From: Epithemia pelagica
Lineage: Eukaryota; Protista; Bacillariophyta
DNA: 64,000 bases
Direction of reading: 5' to 3'
Assembly (NCBI GenBank): GCA_946965045.2
Contig: OX337241.1
Coordinates: 2,232,001-2,296,000, forward strand
In this document: positions 22,121 through 34,061 of the stretch, in pieces
Layout of the letters: each line of letters starts with the position of its first letter
Numbering within the stretch: the first letter of the stretch is position 1
Position numbers and translations under genes: made by a program
Notes under the pieces: generated by a model
The model's input: the letters and a program-made list of their open reading frames with translations, nothing else
The model's database searches: none
Told to the model about the DNA's origin: nothing

Positions 22121-24312
22121 TCAGTTGACGGCCATGAGTTCCTCTTCCATGATCAGGAGCTTTTCGTTCTTCTCATCAATTTCTTCCTTCATTCCCCTGT
22201 TCTCCGATTCAAGTTGCTGGTTACGACGTTCAAGTCGGTCCAAACACGCAGCAGCTTTTCTTTCCAAAGCCTTCAATTCTTTGGAAAAGTCCTGCTTCCG
22301 TTCGTTCAATTTACTTTGACGTTCATGTTCGAGTTTACGCTCCAACTCAGCAATTATGGAATCCTTCTCTGCAAGCTGGCATTGCAATGCCTTCACTTTT
22401 CCGCTGTCATCCACTGCTTCCGTACAAGATGAGCTCTTCACTTGTTCAAGCTGTGTTAAAGCTTCCTCTAATGCTTTCTCGGTGGTTTCTGTTTTCATTC
22501 GCAAAGACGAAGCTTCTTCGTTTCTCTCTCTCACCAGCTCTTTCAACTGCGATACCTCTCTATTTAGTTCGACGGAGACGGATTTGGAAAGCCGCGAAGA
22601 CCGTCGTTCCTGCTCAGAAGACTGGGAAGTAACCTCGTCTGGACTGCACTTTGAATTCTTCTTAGACGATGATTTTCGTTTACGCCTCGAAGGTGGATCT
22701 TCTTCTTCGTCTGTGTCATCACTTTTCGACTTGCGTTTCTTTTTCGCAGGCTTGGGTCTTTGGTTCTGACCCATATTTGCAAACGGTAAAAGTGTGCCTG
22801 TTCCATGTACCACGCTATATTTGCTCTTATTCTTCACAATAATGACGCCGGTATGATGCCTTTTCCACTCGCAACCATGAAAAGTGTTGAACAACATGTG
22901 TTCTTCTAGCGGGGTGACATGGTCTCTTGACTTCTCAAGGGCCTTCGCTTCCAAACAGTGTCTTCTCACTTCCTCGTTGAGTTCTCCTTTTGAACCATAA
23001 TCTGCCAAGTGGTGATGATAGTATAAATAGGTCACGGCTCGAATCCAAGCATACACATTTTGCCGATGAATATCGCCTTTGGGACCGTCCGACCACGCAA
23101 TGTCTTGTTTTGTTGGAGTCAGCGCTAACAGCAAGAGACAGCATGACAACACATGAGTCGACAAAGATAATGAATTGGTTCCAGACAGTCGCAATTGAAA
23201 GTAGGTACTCACGCAAAGAACTCTCGAAGTCATCCACAATTACTGTCAGACCTTGGCAAAACAAAGTTCCACTTGCAGTAAGGCCAATTTCATTTCTGGC
23301 GTCCGGAACATGCTTTACAAGGCGGCCACATTCACGGCTATAAATATAGAGCGAAGTACATGATTGCTGATTGTCGTCTTTTGAGCGTTGCGGATCAAAG
23401 CCTACAAAGATTCGAATCTTGTTACTGTTCTCTTTGGGGTCGGACATCTGGTCTGTCTCCACTTTTTGCACATCGACAGAGCGACTGACTTTGATGGGGA
23501 AACAGGTGAGTTCAGCCAGACGCCGCTCCCAGTATTGAAACTTGAGTGGGTTTTTGTTTATTGTTATATCACATCGGTATGCATGCAAGTGCAAATACGT
23601 CGATGGAAGCGTCGACTCCAACTCGTTCAACAAGGATTCGATCGTCTGGTCCAAACGCATCTGATCCAGCAAAAGACCAAAAACACAATCCTTTTCCGGC
23701 CATTCCTTCGGATCGGACATGTCCTTCATAAGCCGAAGAAGTCGATCCCTTCCAGCGTGACAAAGGGCAGTCGAGTTTCTGCGGGTTGGGGTCCTCTTGC
23801 CAGCATCAGATGGGATACCTCCCAGATACTCCATGCACTTTCGAAATGTTGCATCGTCACAGAGATCTTCTAATTCCTCTTCCAAACAATTTCCTGCCAA
23901 AGTGAAGCTTGGAATATGAATTCCCTCTTGCCGCTGCAAGCTTGCGCAGAGTACGCCGACTTGAAATCGTTTGCCCTTTCTCGTCACCACAATGGCCAAA
24001 TTGGCCAAGTTTGCACTGGCTTGCTTTACTCCCACCCCGTTTTCTCCAATAGCCTCTCGCTCCTTCTGCGACGAGAAGACCTCGAGTACTTGCTGCATCT
24101 CTTTATACGCCTTCTTACTGTACGAGTTCAGTAGTAAGAGCCCATCGTTGCCGTCAGTTTCTGCCGTACAAGAGGAAATCCGAATCTTTCCATGGCCATG
24201 ATTTGCATCAATGGCATTATCCATCAAATCGAGTAAGGCGTCCAACGGACGTCTGAACGATCTTTGCCAACTTCTCCATAGTCCCTGACCATTTACGTGA
24301 GAAGTTGTGACC
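22121..24312 (-). CDS. MORC/microrchidia-like GHKL ATPase with C-terminal coiled coil (2 exons)
   Basis: ALLDLMDNAIDA (N-box) and AIGENGVGVKQAS (G-box). GT-AG intron 23125-23212 joins ...FESSL to PLTPTKQD (MORC S5-like motif). Basic linker and coiled-coil tail follow. Confidence 0.75.
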
Positions 24313-24980
24313 ATTTGATGGCGATTCGACGTGGTATTAAAGTCGGCGTGAAAGATCAACGAGATCGTTCGACCGAAATGTGAAGCGATTCCGTCGTGAA
24401 GATGATGGACTCAGGACAGATCGCAGGAAGGAAGGGATGAAACAAGACCTTCGTGTTGCCAAATACTCCTATGAACATAGAGTGAAGCTACAAACAGTTC
24501 CAACCTCCTGTCGGGTTTTTCTGGTGTTAGCGAAGGCATGCTCCCAAGCGGTTCAGCTTTCGGTACTCAAATCAAAACAATCCCGTAGAGTGCACTGCCC
24601 TCAAGAGGTGTACGCGTCGTGGATGTGGATGCTGGGGAGCTGTACGATTGGGGGTGGAGGCAGTCTCTCCGTAGTCCGTAGTTCCCGCCAGATAATCAAA
24701 AATACCGGGTAATCCTGGTTTTACAGGATTTCAGTGGAAACCCGGATAATTGCGACACGATATTCAAAAAAATCATCTCTTTCCTGCATAGCAATACGAG
24801 CAGTAGGTGCATATTGTGCGCGCAAGACGACCCCAAAATTTCCAAATGTCGCATCAGAAACCCCCCCTTTACTCTGAAATAAAGTATTGCCTAATTTTTG
24901 TTAAATATAAGAGCCCAAAATTCTCCTTATACGACTCACAATTTTGTGCACGACCCCGACGACCCAAATTTCAATGGAAC

Positions 24981-25045
24981 TGTCATCGAATACTTCAGTG
25001 CAATAGATGAAGAACTGATCTATTGCACTGAAGTATCCGATGACA
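24981..25045. repeat. Subterminal hairpin, 28-bp stem
   Basis: Arms 24981-25008 and 25018-25045 match at 27/28 with a 9-nt loop; 189 bp inside the left terminus. Confidence 0.9.
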
Positions 25046-25374
25046 AATTCATTGAAAATTGACTGAGTTGCAGGCTGCACAAAACCGATCATTGGAATTT
25101 CACTTCATCTCATCGATTTCCCCTCTCTCAGAGCGCGCATAGCGTGCCCAGAGTATAAAATATATACATACACTAAGAGCATATAAATATGTAGTCGCTG
25201 TTTAATCGTCAATTACGTTCACCTGAATGTTCAACTTTATGAAGAACTGCCTCCAAGGTATCGTCTCAATGGCACCTCTGTTACCAAGAACCAGAGCAAC
25301 TACGAGAGCTTTTTTTACATTAGTAGCAGTCCAAGTTCTTATTTGAATTTGTCTGAAGTCAGTGAACGTCTCCC

Positions 25375-28300
25375 ATGCCCCGCCTTACGCAGAAGAAACG
25401 CAGGAGGGCTGCATCGACATCATGCCCACCCAACCGCCGCCCACCAAAACCAAAAGCTCAACGGCTCATTGTTACACCCAGCAAGGAAGAAACGGCATCC
25501 ATACACTCCCACACCGCAGATGATGGTAATCGCGTCGATTCCCCTACCAAGTTGGCCCAACCACAACATGAAGAACCAACCAAACCAACCAGAAAATCGG
25601 CTCGTCTCATCGACGCCGCAAAAGACAAAGAAAAAGCTGAAATACGTGAGTGGGCAAAAGAAAATATGAATCTCCTTCCTTCCCCGAACCAACAGACACG
25701 TCAAAAGAGAGACGAGTCGAACACTCCCTGCGAATCAAACTCTGTAGAACGAGCACGCATAGCCCGAATCATCATGGACTGTAGTGAACTGGAATACGTA
25801 CCATGCTCTGTATATGGACGTGATCGCGAGACAAAGTATCCTGCTCATTTCTTCTGCAGCCGTTGCAAGAAAGCAGATGACGAGGAAACCCCAGGATCTT
25901 CACGCTTCATCAATAGACTGGCCGAAGGTGGCCGATACCGGTGTACAGCCAATCATACAAACTGGTATCGTCCAACACATTTGAACGATAAGTCGAAGCA
26001 TTTGCCTGAAGCTCCTCCATACAGCCTTTTCTGTGTCCCCATTGAAGACCGACCGGTTGCCCCCCCCCTCCAGCCAAAACCATGCAGAAAGAAACAGAAC
26101 CCGAATCACTCGAAGATATCATGTTTGCCGAACAGGAAGATAGTAATCCGCCTGACTATCAAGCCCAGCTTATTCGAGAGACAGTTAATGACATAGAAAA
26201 TATACCTTTTCGTAACCTTTCAGATTGTTCGGAACCCGTTCCTGAAGAAAGCAATGAAGACAACTTGTCAGAAGATTGTTCAGATGATGAAAGCCTTGAT
26301 GACCTACCTCCATGGCCTGATCCTCAAGACGACGAGCTGGACGAACTTGATAGCATAGAACCTCTCGACATCCAAAATGACAACTCGACTGACGACACTG
26401 AACAAATCAATAGTCAACAATCAAGCCAGGCCGGTTTAAGTGACGGCGAAAGACCAAACGAGCCATCCCTTGACGCAATTCTCAGAGCTCACGAAGACAA
26501 GACATCGTCTCTCTCGTCCCAGGTTACTGATCTCCTCAAGACAATAGAGCAATACAAAACAGAATTGGAAGAAACAAGACGGAAACTGAAGAACAAAAAT
26601 GAGGAACTTCGCTATTGGAAACGCAAGGACTTTGAACAAACTGGAGAGAAGTTACCTCGGTCAGCATACTATGCCAAAGATAGAAAGAGACTCGTCGATC
26701 ACATTCGCTATGTCCTTGAGTCGAGAACTCAAAACATGGAAGCGACAAGTCGGGCAGCGGGTGAGTTTTTTCGGGACGTTGCTCAATTGTGCATCGACAA
26801 AACAATCCATAGTGGATTGCTGTTTGAGTCTACTTACAGTGTATTCAGACAGTACGTGCGTGAGTATGTGTTTACGCCGTATAACATACTCAAGAAGATG
26901 GACATCATGGGAGGAAGATTAAACTTCAGCGGAATAGAAGTCTTACGTTCAGTAGAAAACAACGGCATTGCCCATGCAAGAACACTTCTCCCAAGCACCT
27001 CTGCCCTACAAGAATACGCCAATGCGGTTGAAAAATTTGGCAGCTACTTATGTCCATACAAACTAATGCGAAACAAGAACGATGGCTCTGAGGGGTTCAC
27101 GTTTTGGGCCGCGGATGTTATGGCAACGATGCTCCTAGCTAGTAGTTGTCTGCATGGAGACGCAAGGTGGCGACCAATCCGCCTGGCACAGAGTCTTGAC
27201 GGTGCGTTATTCACCAAAAACTTAAGCCATACCTTGGGTGGGTTGAAGTTCAACGACCCTACTCATCCATTGGCACAGTCAAGGAATGGTGTTTTTCCAA
27301 TTGTATGTGTTTGCCGTCCGGAGAGTAAAGGCTTGGTTCCTTCCGTTTTCAGGAATATGATCCATGAGGTCCGTGAAGCGGCAATGACTGTAGTTCCCAC
27401 GAAATTTGGAGTGTGGCCATTACGCATATGTACTAATTGTGACATGTCTTGCAAATGGAAACTCCTTGGGAGAGGAGGAGCAGCCCAGCAAGCCAAATTT
27501 CCCTGCTCAAAATGCGCTGTACAAAGTGGTCGGTTGCACTTGCCCAAGATCGAAGACGAACCGTCCTGTACTCTGTGTAAGCACTTGGGTCATCACGAAA
27601 GGACTAATTGGAAGTGTTATCACCATACCATGTGTACGAAAACCCATCTTTCTACATTGGAGAACGAAATGAGACAGTTTCAAAAAGATATGCCCATCAT
27701 CCAGAAGAATCTGAACCGGATCGAAACTAACGATGAAGATTGACCCTCGGAACGTTCCTTCGGAGCAACAAAGGACGGATCTTCAATGCATCCATTTCGA
27801 CTTGGCGAAGGCATCTCAACCCCAGCGACAAGAATACGCACGTAGCCTGACAAATGACCTGTTCGTCCGGAAGCTGGACCTGCGTGGTTCGATTGAAGAA
27901 CGCCAACATCGATTGAAGTCCTCGCACGTCAGAGAGTGGGAGTATTACCAATCCAAAAAGCTAATCGACGACTTCAAGGGTTCAATGCATTCGACAGCAC
28001 TGGTTTACCTACTGGATACTGTCCCATGTATCCTACATATGGAGAATAGGATGGGTCTCAAAATACTGACCATGTGTTTAAGGAAAGGACTGCAGAGTGC
28101 TACGAACAAGGAACTGTCTCATGTTTTGGAAGCTCTACCGAAGGACAAACGTAACAATGTCACGGATCGATGCAACAAGTTCATTCAGATGGTCAATGAG
28201 GCAATGTCTCATCACCTGTTGGGTTCCATCGACTTCCCCACGCACTGGAAGGTACCGTACAAGGAGTCTAAACGAGAGATCAGTCCGATCACGATGGACA

Positions 28301-29152
28301 ACGTCCGTATCCGTAAACTCATCCCCAAGTTTGATAAATTAATCAACATCTGCATCTCTTCAGAGGAAGACAGACGCACATGGTCCAAGTGTGTGGACAA
28401 TTATCAACAGTCCATGCTGATTCTCAGGCAGAAAGGTGACTTGACTGATGAAGAAATCAAGAACTACCAACGCTTTGCCGACTTTTTCTTCGCAGACTGG
28501 GTGAAACTCAATGGTGAGCATGGAGTAACAAACTACGCTCACCTGATAGGTAGCGGCCATGTGCATGAGTACTTGTTGCATTGGAAAAACTTGTCATCCC
28601 ATGCACAGCAGGGGTGGGAAGGTAAATTGGTTGGTGTGAGGTCGTGAACCCTCTTGTCTAGAATCCTTTGTTTCTTGATTCCTCACCCTCCTTTCAGCTT
28701 TTAACTTGCTCTTTAAAACTTTCTATTTCCATAGGACCCAAAGGGGTGGAAGTGTCAACAAGGGGAAAGGGCGACAGACTTGTCTAGAACCAATGGCACG
28801 ATGGCTCCAACGACGTATGGTGTTCCTAAGTGGCTATTCGTGGAAAGCTATTACGGAGGGTAACAAGCGGAACAACTGTAGTATTAGGTCCAGTCGGAAG
28901 AACTGGGTGATTGACAATGGAGGGACAATGGAGTTCTGCCAAAGGGTTGCAGCATGTGCTTTGGACGAAACAGATTTGGAGGATGATGCTGAACTCGGTG
29001 AATGGGAATTCTATGATCCAGGGACTGTTCCTTCGACAGAGGGAACGATTGTTCACGGATCAACATTGTTCGAGGATTATTATGACGAGGAGGATGATGA
29101 TGATGAGGTAGACGAGGTTGGTGAGGAAACTATAGTAGTAGGAAACTCATAA
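25375..29152 (+). pseudogene. RAG1/Transib-like DDE transposase, two frameshifts
   Basis: ORFs 25375..26196, 26082..27743, 27733..28647 and 28706..29152 are collinear with the 1068-aa ORF at 59705..62911. Motifs: QSLDGA, TNCDMSC...FPCSKC, PCILHMENR, TNYAHLIGSGH, AQQGWE. Frameshifts near 26060 (poly-C) and ~27730; intron 28622-28697. Confidence 0.85.
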
Positions 29153-29199
29153 AGAATGAAAGTTGGTCGCAAACTACGATTACTAATAAAAGGGAATGA

Positions 29200-30732
29200 T
29201 TAGGCAAAGCTTTGAATGTCATTCCAGAGATCAACGGCATCAACACGTGCCCATTTCCACTGGTTTTCCATAGACTCAGTGGTTTTGAATGCAGCACCAG
29301 CGACACAGCTGCAATCGAAGTGAGTTTCTCCATTGTCGTCGTAAATATCTTTAACCTCCATCACGGACTCGTCGTTGTGGAGAAAGTGCGCTCCCACTTT
29401 GATCTTGGAGATGGCATATTCCATCGTCGTCGTATCAAGGGTCGACTCTTCGTCATCCGTGTCGCTTTCCGATTCCGAAGTGAACATTGGCGCCACAGAA
29501 GCGCTGCCTTGGAGTAGCCGTGTCAGATTGGGACAAGGCGGCTTCGTCTCCAATCGACCATCATTCTTCAAGGAATACACGTATCGCTGGTAACCGACGG
29601 TCAACCTGACGTTATACGGTGAGAAGGTGAAGTCGACACGTGGCTCCATGGTACGTCTCTTGAATGGACGCTGTGGAGCATCGTCTTCGTTTTCTTTGTT
29701 TTCCTCGGAAGAAGACTCAACCACGGCCATGTTGAATCCTGCAGTAAGAGGGACGCCGTCTTTACCATCGGCCAAAGTAGGTCGCCTTTCGGAAAAACCA
29801 TACGTCGATCCTGGTCCAAGGATCAACCGGAGAATGTCGAGTTCTCGTGGCGTCTTGAACCGAATAACTCCAGCGTTGAATGAAATTTTCACCTTGGACC
29901 GACGAAGTGTCTGGTCCAAGTGCAAAAAAGAATCAGAAAGGGTAATAGTGTGAGAAGGGACAGTTGCAAGGTAATTCGAAATCAACGAAATGTACTGGAT
30001 TGTCTCCAAAGGAACATGACCGACGTTTAAGCTGACAACCTCTTTGTCGTTCGACTGGCCACTTTGTTTATTAAGACACTTGTTGAGTGCCTTCTTCAAA
30101 GCATACAAACCGTTCCACAAGGACTCGTGTAAACAGCGTTGAGGGACGACGCTTCTGGTTGACTTCTTGTAATCTGGGTGGTCGTTGGGGAAGCCGAGGG
30201 CAGCAATCGAAGGTAGAGGAACCAAGGACTTGATTTTGCGGCAAGAACGATGTTCGTAATCGATCATCTCCCACGTGCGAACAACAAACACATTATGCAA
30301 ACCAATGGCCCAAGCGTTCTTAGATAGGGAAAATTCGTCAACAGTGAAAACGAAGGCGGGGAAAAGAATCTTTGGGTTGTCATTTTTGTTCGAGGTCGAA
30401 ATCCACAAACGATCCGATGATTCGTAGAGCTCAGCTTGTTGGGCACCTGGGCCTGAGAATATAGGTGCGAATGAATGTTTGGGTGGTTTTGGTTTCTTAC
30501 ACTCGATTTTATTCCGGTTGAAAAGTGGATGGAACAGACGGAGACGGATGGTGGTCTCGTACTCGTCGGGGTTGTCGTCATCTATATCGATCTGTCGACA
30601 TTCAAGACGGGCGACGTGTTCTTTCCCTTCGTGCTTGATGACGACAAAGGACCCCATACGAAGCGAGTCCTTTAGGAATCGATCATAGTGGGGGTCCTGG
30701 TTCAGACACACAGTCTTCTCATAGGTAGACAT
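29200..30732 (-). CDS. Transposon partner protein (BAH-like N-terminus, acidic hinge, small C-terminal beta domain)
   Basis: Intact 510-aa ORF convergent on the transposase. Clearly homologous to 57529..59169 (LR.GSFV.I, ELYESS, PAFVF, GSTYG...PTLADG, IK.G..F). Confidence 0.8.
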   Translation of the reverse strand: MSTYEKTVCLNQDPHYDRFLKDSLRMGSFVVIKHEGKEHVARLECRQIDIDDDNPDEYETTIRLRLFHPLFNRNKIECKKPKPPKHSFAPIFSGPGAQQAELYESSDRLWISTSNKNDNPKILFPAFVFTVDEFSLSKNAWAIGLHNVFVVRTWEMIDYEHRSCRKIKSLVPLPSIAALGFPNDHPDYKKSTRSVVPQRCLHESLWNGLYALKKALNKCLNKQSGQSNDKEVVSLNVGHVPLETIQYISLISNYLATVPSHTITLSDSFLHLDQTLRRSKVKISFNAGVIRFKTPRELDILRLILGPGSTYGFSERRPTLADGKDGVPLTAGFNMAVVESSSEENKENEDDAPQRPFKRRTMEPRVDFTFSPYNVRLTVGYQRYVYSLKNDGRLETKPPCPNLTRLLQGSASVAPMFTSESESDTDDEESTLDTTTMEYAISKIKVGAHFLHNDESVMEVKDIYDDNGETHFDCSCVAGAAFKTTESMENQWKWARVDAVDLWNDIQSFA

Positions 30733-31396
30733 GGTCGTCCTCTTCTCTCTTCATTCAATGAGTCGTTCTTGTCAAAGATGGCACCTCTAGAGTGATTGTC
30801 GGTGGGAATCCAATGAAGGGAAATTCCATTACCGGTCAAGAAGAATGGGTGTCGGTATGACATTTTACTTATTGTTGCCTTTGTCTTGGTGGCAATGACA
30901 TTTAAGGACAAATTTGCGCGCGGGGTTAGAAAATGGTGCGCGGGCATGGAAATTGGGAGTTCCAGGCACGCGTTGCCAGGAAAAACCAAGCACCTACTGC
31001 TCGTATTGGTCGTACAGCACGCCCCCAGAACAGTCGGTGACATCCATACAACTCGATTTTTTCAACCCCCCCCCCATGTTTTTTCCTTCTAGCCCCGTTT
31101 ATTTGTTTTGTACGTTAATTGACCGGTATCCCTTTTTTTCACGATCACCCGAGTCTGCAAATTTTTATTCCAAACTTTTCTTTCCCGTTACGCCAGCAAT
31201 GTGGCAAGCGTTCTTGCCTCTGCCAGAATTTACCGGGGGGTCTGTTTTCGCTATTGTAAAATAGCTGTTCTGGGGGGGAGAAAATTTTGGAGTTTCTATG
31301 GTTCCACCCCGACCTTAGGCTATCTCCACCCGGGGCCGCTAAAGGTCCAAAAACCGCTATCGAACTCCACCATCTCCTCTAACCGCTAAACAGCTC

Positions 31397-31458
31397 CGCT
31401 ATCCGCTATTTTTGCCGCTATTTGGGGTCCCGAATAGCGGGGAAAATAGCGGATAGCG
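31397..31458. repeat. GC-rich hairpin built from CCGCTA(T) units
   Basis: CGCTATCCGCTATTTT (31397-31412) pairs perfectly with AAAATAGCGGATAGCG (31443-31458); inner 8-bp CCGCTATT/AATAGCGG pair. Further CCGCTA copies lie just upstream. Confidence 0.85.
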
Positions 31459-33283
31459 AAGCGGAATATAACCGTCGGCATAAATAAATTAACGTCTGCT
31501 GCCAACAGTATCTCTCGTGTCGAAAACATGGCAATGGCACGTATTGATTGTGACGATCGCTTACCATCTCTTTTTCCATTGTTGTGTTCCCTACTTCCTA
31601 CAATGGGACAAAAACCATGCACAGCAAGATGATTCGAGGATCACTGATCGGAAGGAATGCAACAATCAAACAAATGCATCATTCAAACTATTGATGAGTT
31701 CGATTATCAGACAATCAATCGGAAATTGGACAGGGAATAGGACGATTGGACTGCAACCTACAACCTACATCTACATTGGCCATAAACAACATGATTCATC
31801 ATGACAGTCAACGATGAAGAGGGAGAACAACGAGTCCTCCATCTTTGGTTTATGCTTTGTGCTCTTGTTGATTGTCTTGTATGAATTCCGCAACTTCCGC
31901 GGCCGCACCCCTTTTTAACCGAAACAAGAGAAGCGAAAACACAGGAAAACGTAGAGGTATGAGAGGACGGAATAGGAGGAAGGGGGAAGAAGAGGGTGGA
32001 AAAGGAGCGCGGAGGAGTATCGAAAACGTATATAGGGAACATAGCGTCTTAGCTTAGAGGAATCGTTGAAGTACAGTACCGAGGAAAAGGAAGAGTAGGC
32101 TGAGTGGAGAAAAAAACAGTATACAGGAGTCGAGAGTACGGGAAGGGGATAAATATTGCGGTACAAATTCGTCGAGAGTTTGGCATAGCCGAGGAAGAAG
32201 GAAGGGAAAAAATTGGGGGCAATAGAAAAGATGCCAGGATGAAGCGGCCGTTTCGAGGGTAACGGTCCTGACGATAGAGAATATAGTTGCAAGCGTTGGG
32301 TTTCCAGTACATATCAAAAATTGAAGGTTGAGTTTTAGGGTGAAGGTAGCGCGTATCTGACCACTATCGTTGGAAGCGGAAAGATCACAGGAGGAACACA
32401 AGGCACAATATACGAGCGGGGAAGGATCTGAAGCACCGAACAGTGGTGAAGGATTAGAAGCAGAAAAGGTAAGCAGTGGATGCGCACTGGAAAGGTACAA
32501 ATGATTCCATTGTTGATCTCACGTGTTCGTAACAGTATGGATGATAATGAACGTGCAAACGGAACGGTTCGTTGGCCACGATTGCCTCGACGTGTTCAAG
32601 TTGGTCGGGACGGCGAATACGAGCGGTACAATCCTCGCAATCACTATATAACGAGCCTGAATGAGTTGGAACAATCCTTGAGAAATGCTAGATTCAATGC
32701 TGGCGAACAAGATCGTAATGTGCTATCGATGTGCCAAACTCCAATCACTTCTGTGTACTCCTTCAAACGATTGGAACAACAGTCGATGGTGATTCGAATG
32801 GGTTGTAATCATCAGGGTCAAGAAGCGTTTAGTCCAATTGGTGTGACGACACATGCACTATCGTTGGTGGAACACGATCTATCGGAGTGTTACGAGATGG
32901 TCGTCGTTGATACCAAAATCCGAATCGATCCAAGCGCGCCGTCGAACGGTTATAATCGTTTCAGCAGTATGGAAGAATTCATCAACAATCGATATGAAAC
33001 AGAGAGATCGGAGGAGCTGTGTTCCCGCCAACGTTATGAATGGAGAGCGTAGGAAGGACCGACAATCGGGCGAACTGACGAGAGGCGTCGAGTTATCGTT
33101 GCTGTGGTCCGAGTGCACTGTAACCCTGATTGGGGTTTATTTCCCGTGGAATTGTACCGTGCTCAAGGTTTCGGTCTGAAGGAACGAAGTCTGTCTTTCA
33201 ACGTATGCTTTGGAACAGAAGCATGGTACCAACATAACAACAACGTTGGTAATCTATTGCGCAGGTTATTACCCCCAACGTGG

Positions 33284-34061
33284 AGTTAAAGTACGGATAG
33301 CTATAGACCTAGAACTACCTTTCGAAGAACAACACCTAGACTCTATGAGAGTACACGTCTACCATGACATAGCTGTGCCATCTGTCCTGCAAGCTTGTGC
33401 GAACACGTGCGTGGACGGCTGACGAAGCTGAACCATATGTGCCCATGTATGTGACATGTCCGAGCCTGCGGCACAATGTTCCCTCTCTGAATAACCCTGG
33501 TGTTTTGTGATACACATTTACATATGCCCACTACTATCTACGACAGGCAAAAGCCGGACGAGCTCCACTCGGAAGCAAAGTCCAGGCTATGTCTCACCTA
33601 AAACATACACGTCTCCAACTTACAACAAGATTCACCAAAGGATCATGGATACTTGGTTCAAGTCAATAGTTCCGCCTCTATCCCTCACAGTTTGAGTATA
33701 TGGAACAGGTTCTATGCACTAAGAGAACAGGTTCCATTAGTCCCTAAACGTAGAGCGTCTGTAGCGCCTTACCTAGAAGTCAAAGATGTTTCTTCACTGG
33801 GCCCAACGGTTCGGGAAAAGTAAACTCTTTATGACTGAAAGGAAGTAATGAAAGAGCAATCATGAGAAACAAACACTTTCGATAGAATAAGCTCACTTCT
33901 TATAAAAACCTGAAAGTTGTAAGCAACCTTGAGGAAGGAGTCAACCATACTAACCTAGTGCAAGGTGAGGGCCCCATCGTGTACCGAGTGAACTGGTTGA
34001 CTACAGAAGTTCAGAGCACTAACCATCACGTCTTACGTTAGTTTTTCTACATACATCAAGT
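33284..34061 (+). repeat. 5' LTR
   Basis: Direct repeat of 43047..43824; I found 3 substitutions. Confidence 0.95.

Larger units (their letters stand above)
24792..31008. mobile_element. RAG1/Transib-like two-gene DNA transposon, copy 1 (6217 bp)
   Basis: Perfect 19-bp TIR CAATACGAGCAGTAGGTGC (24792-24810) and its reverse complement (30990-31008). Contains the transposase on + and a convergent partner gene on -. Confidence 0.85.

Noticed and set aside
24792-24810. RSS heptamer/nonamer in the TIRs
   Set aside because: Ends begin CAATAC, not CACAGTG/CACTATG, and no nonamer-like motif at 12/23 spacing was found.
26055-26070. Programmed frameshifting at homopolymer runs (also 48820s and 56045-56051)
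   Set aside because: The paralogous transposase is open through this region; simple indels or long-read assembly errors are more likely.
29200-30732. Calling the partner gene a true RAG2 ortholog
   Set aside because: No kelch GG/Y/W repeats or PHD Cys/His pattern visible; only the layout is analogous.
33343-33695. Identical small ORFs duplicated at 43106..43458
   Set aside because: A consequence of the LTR duplication, not genes.
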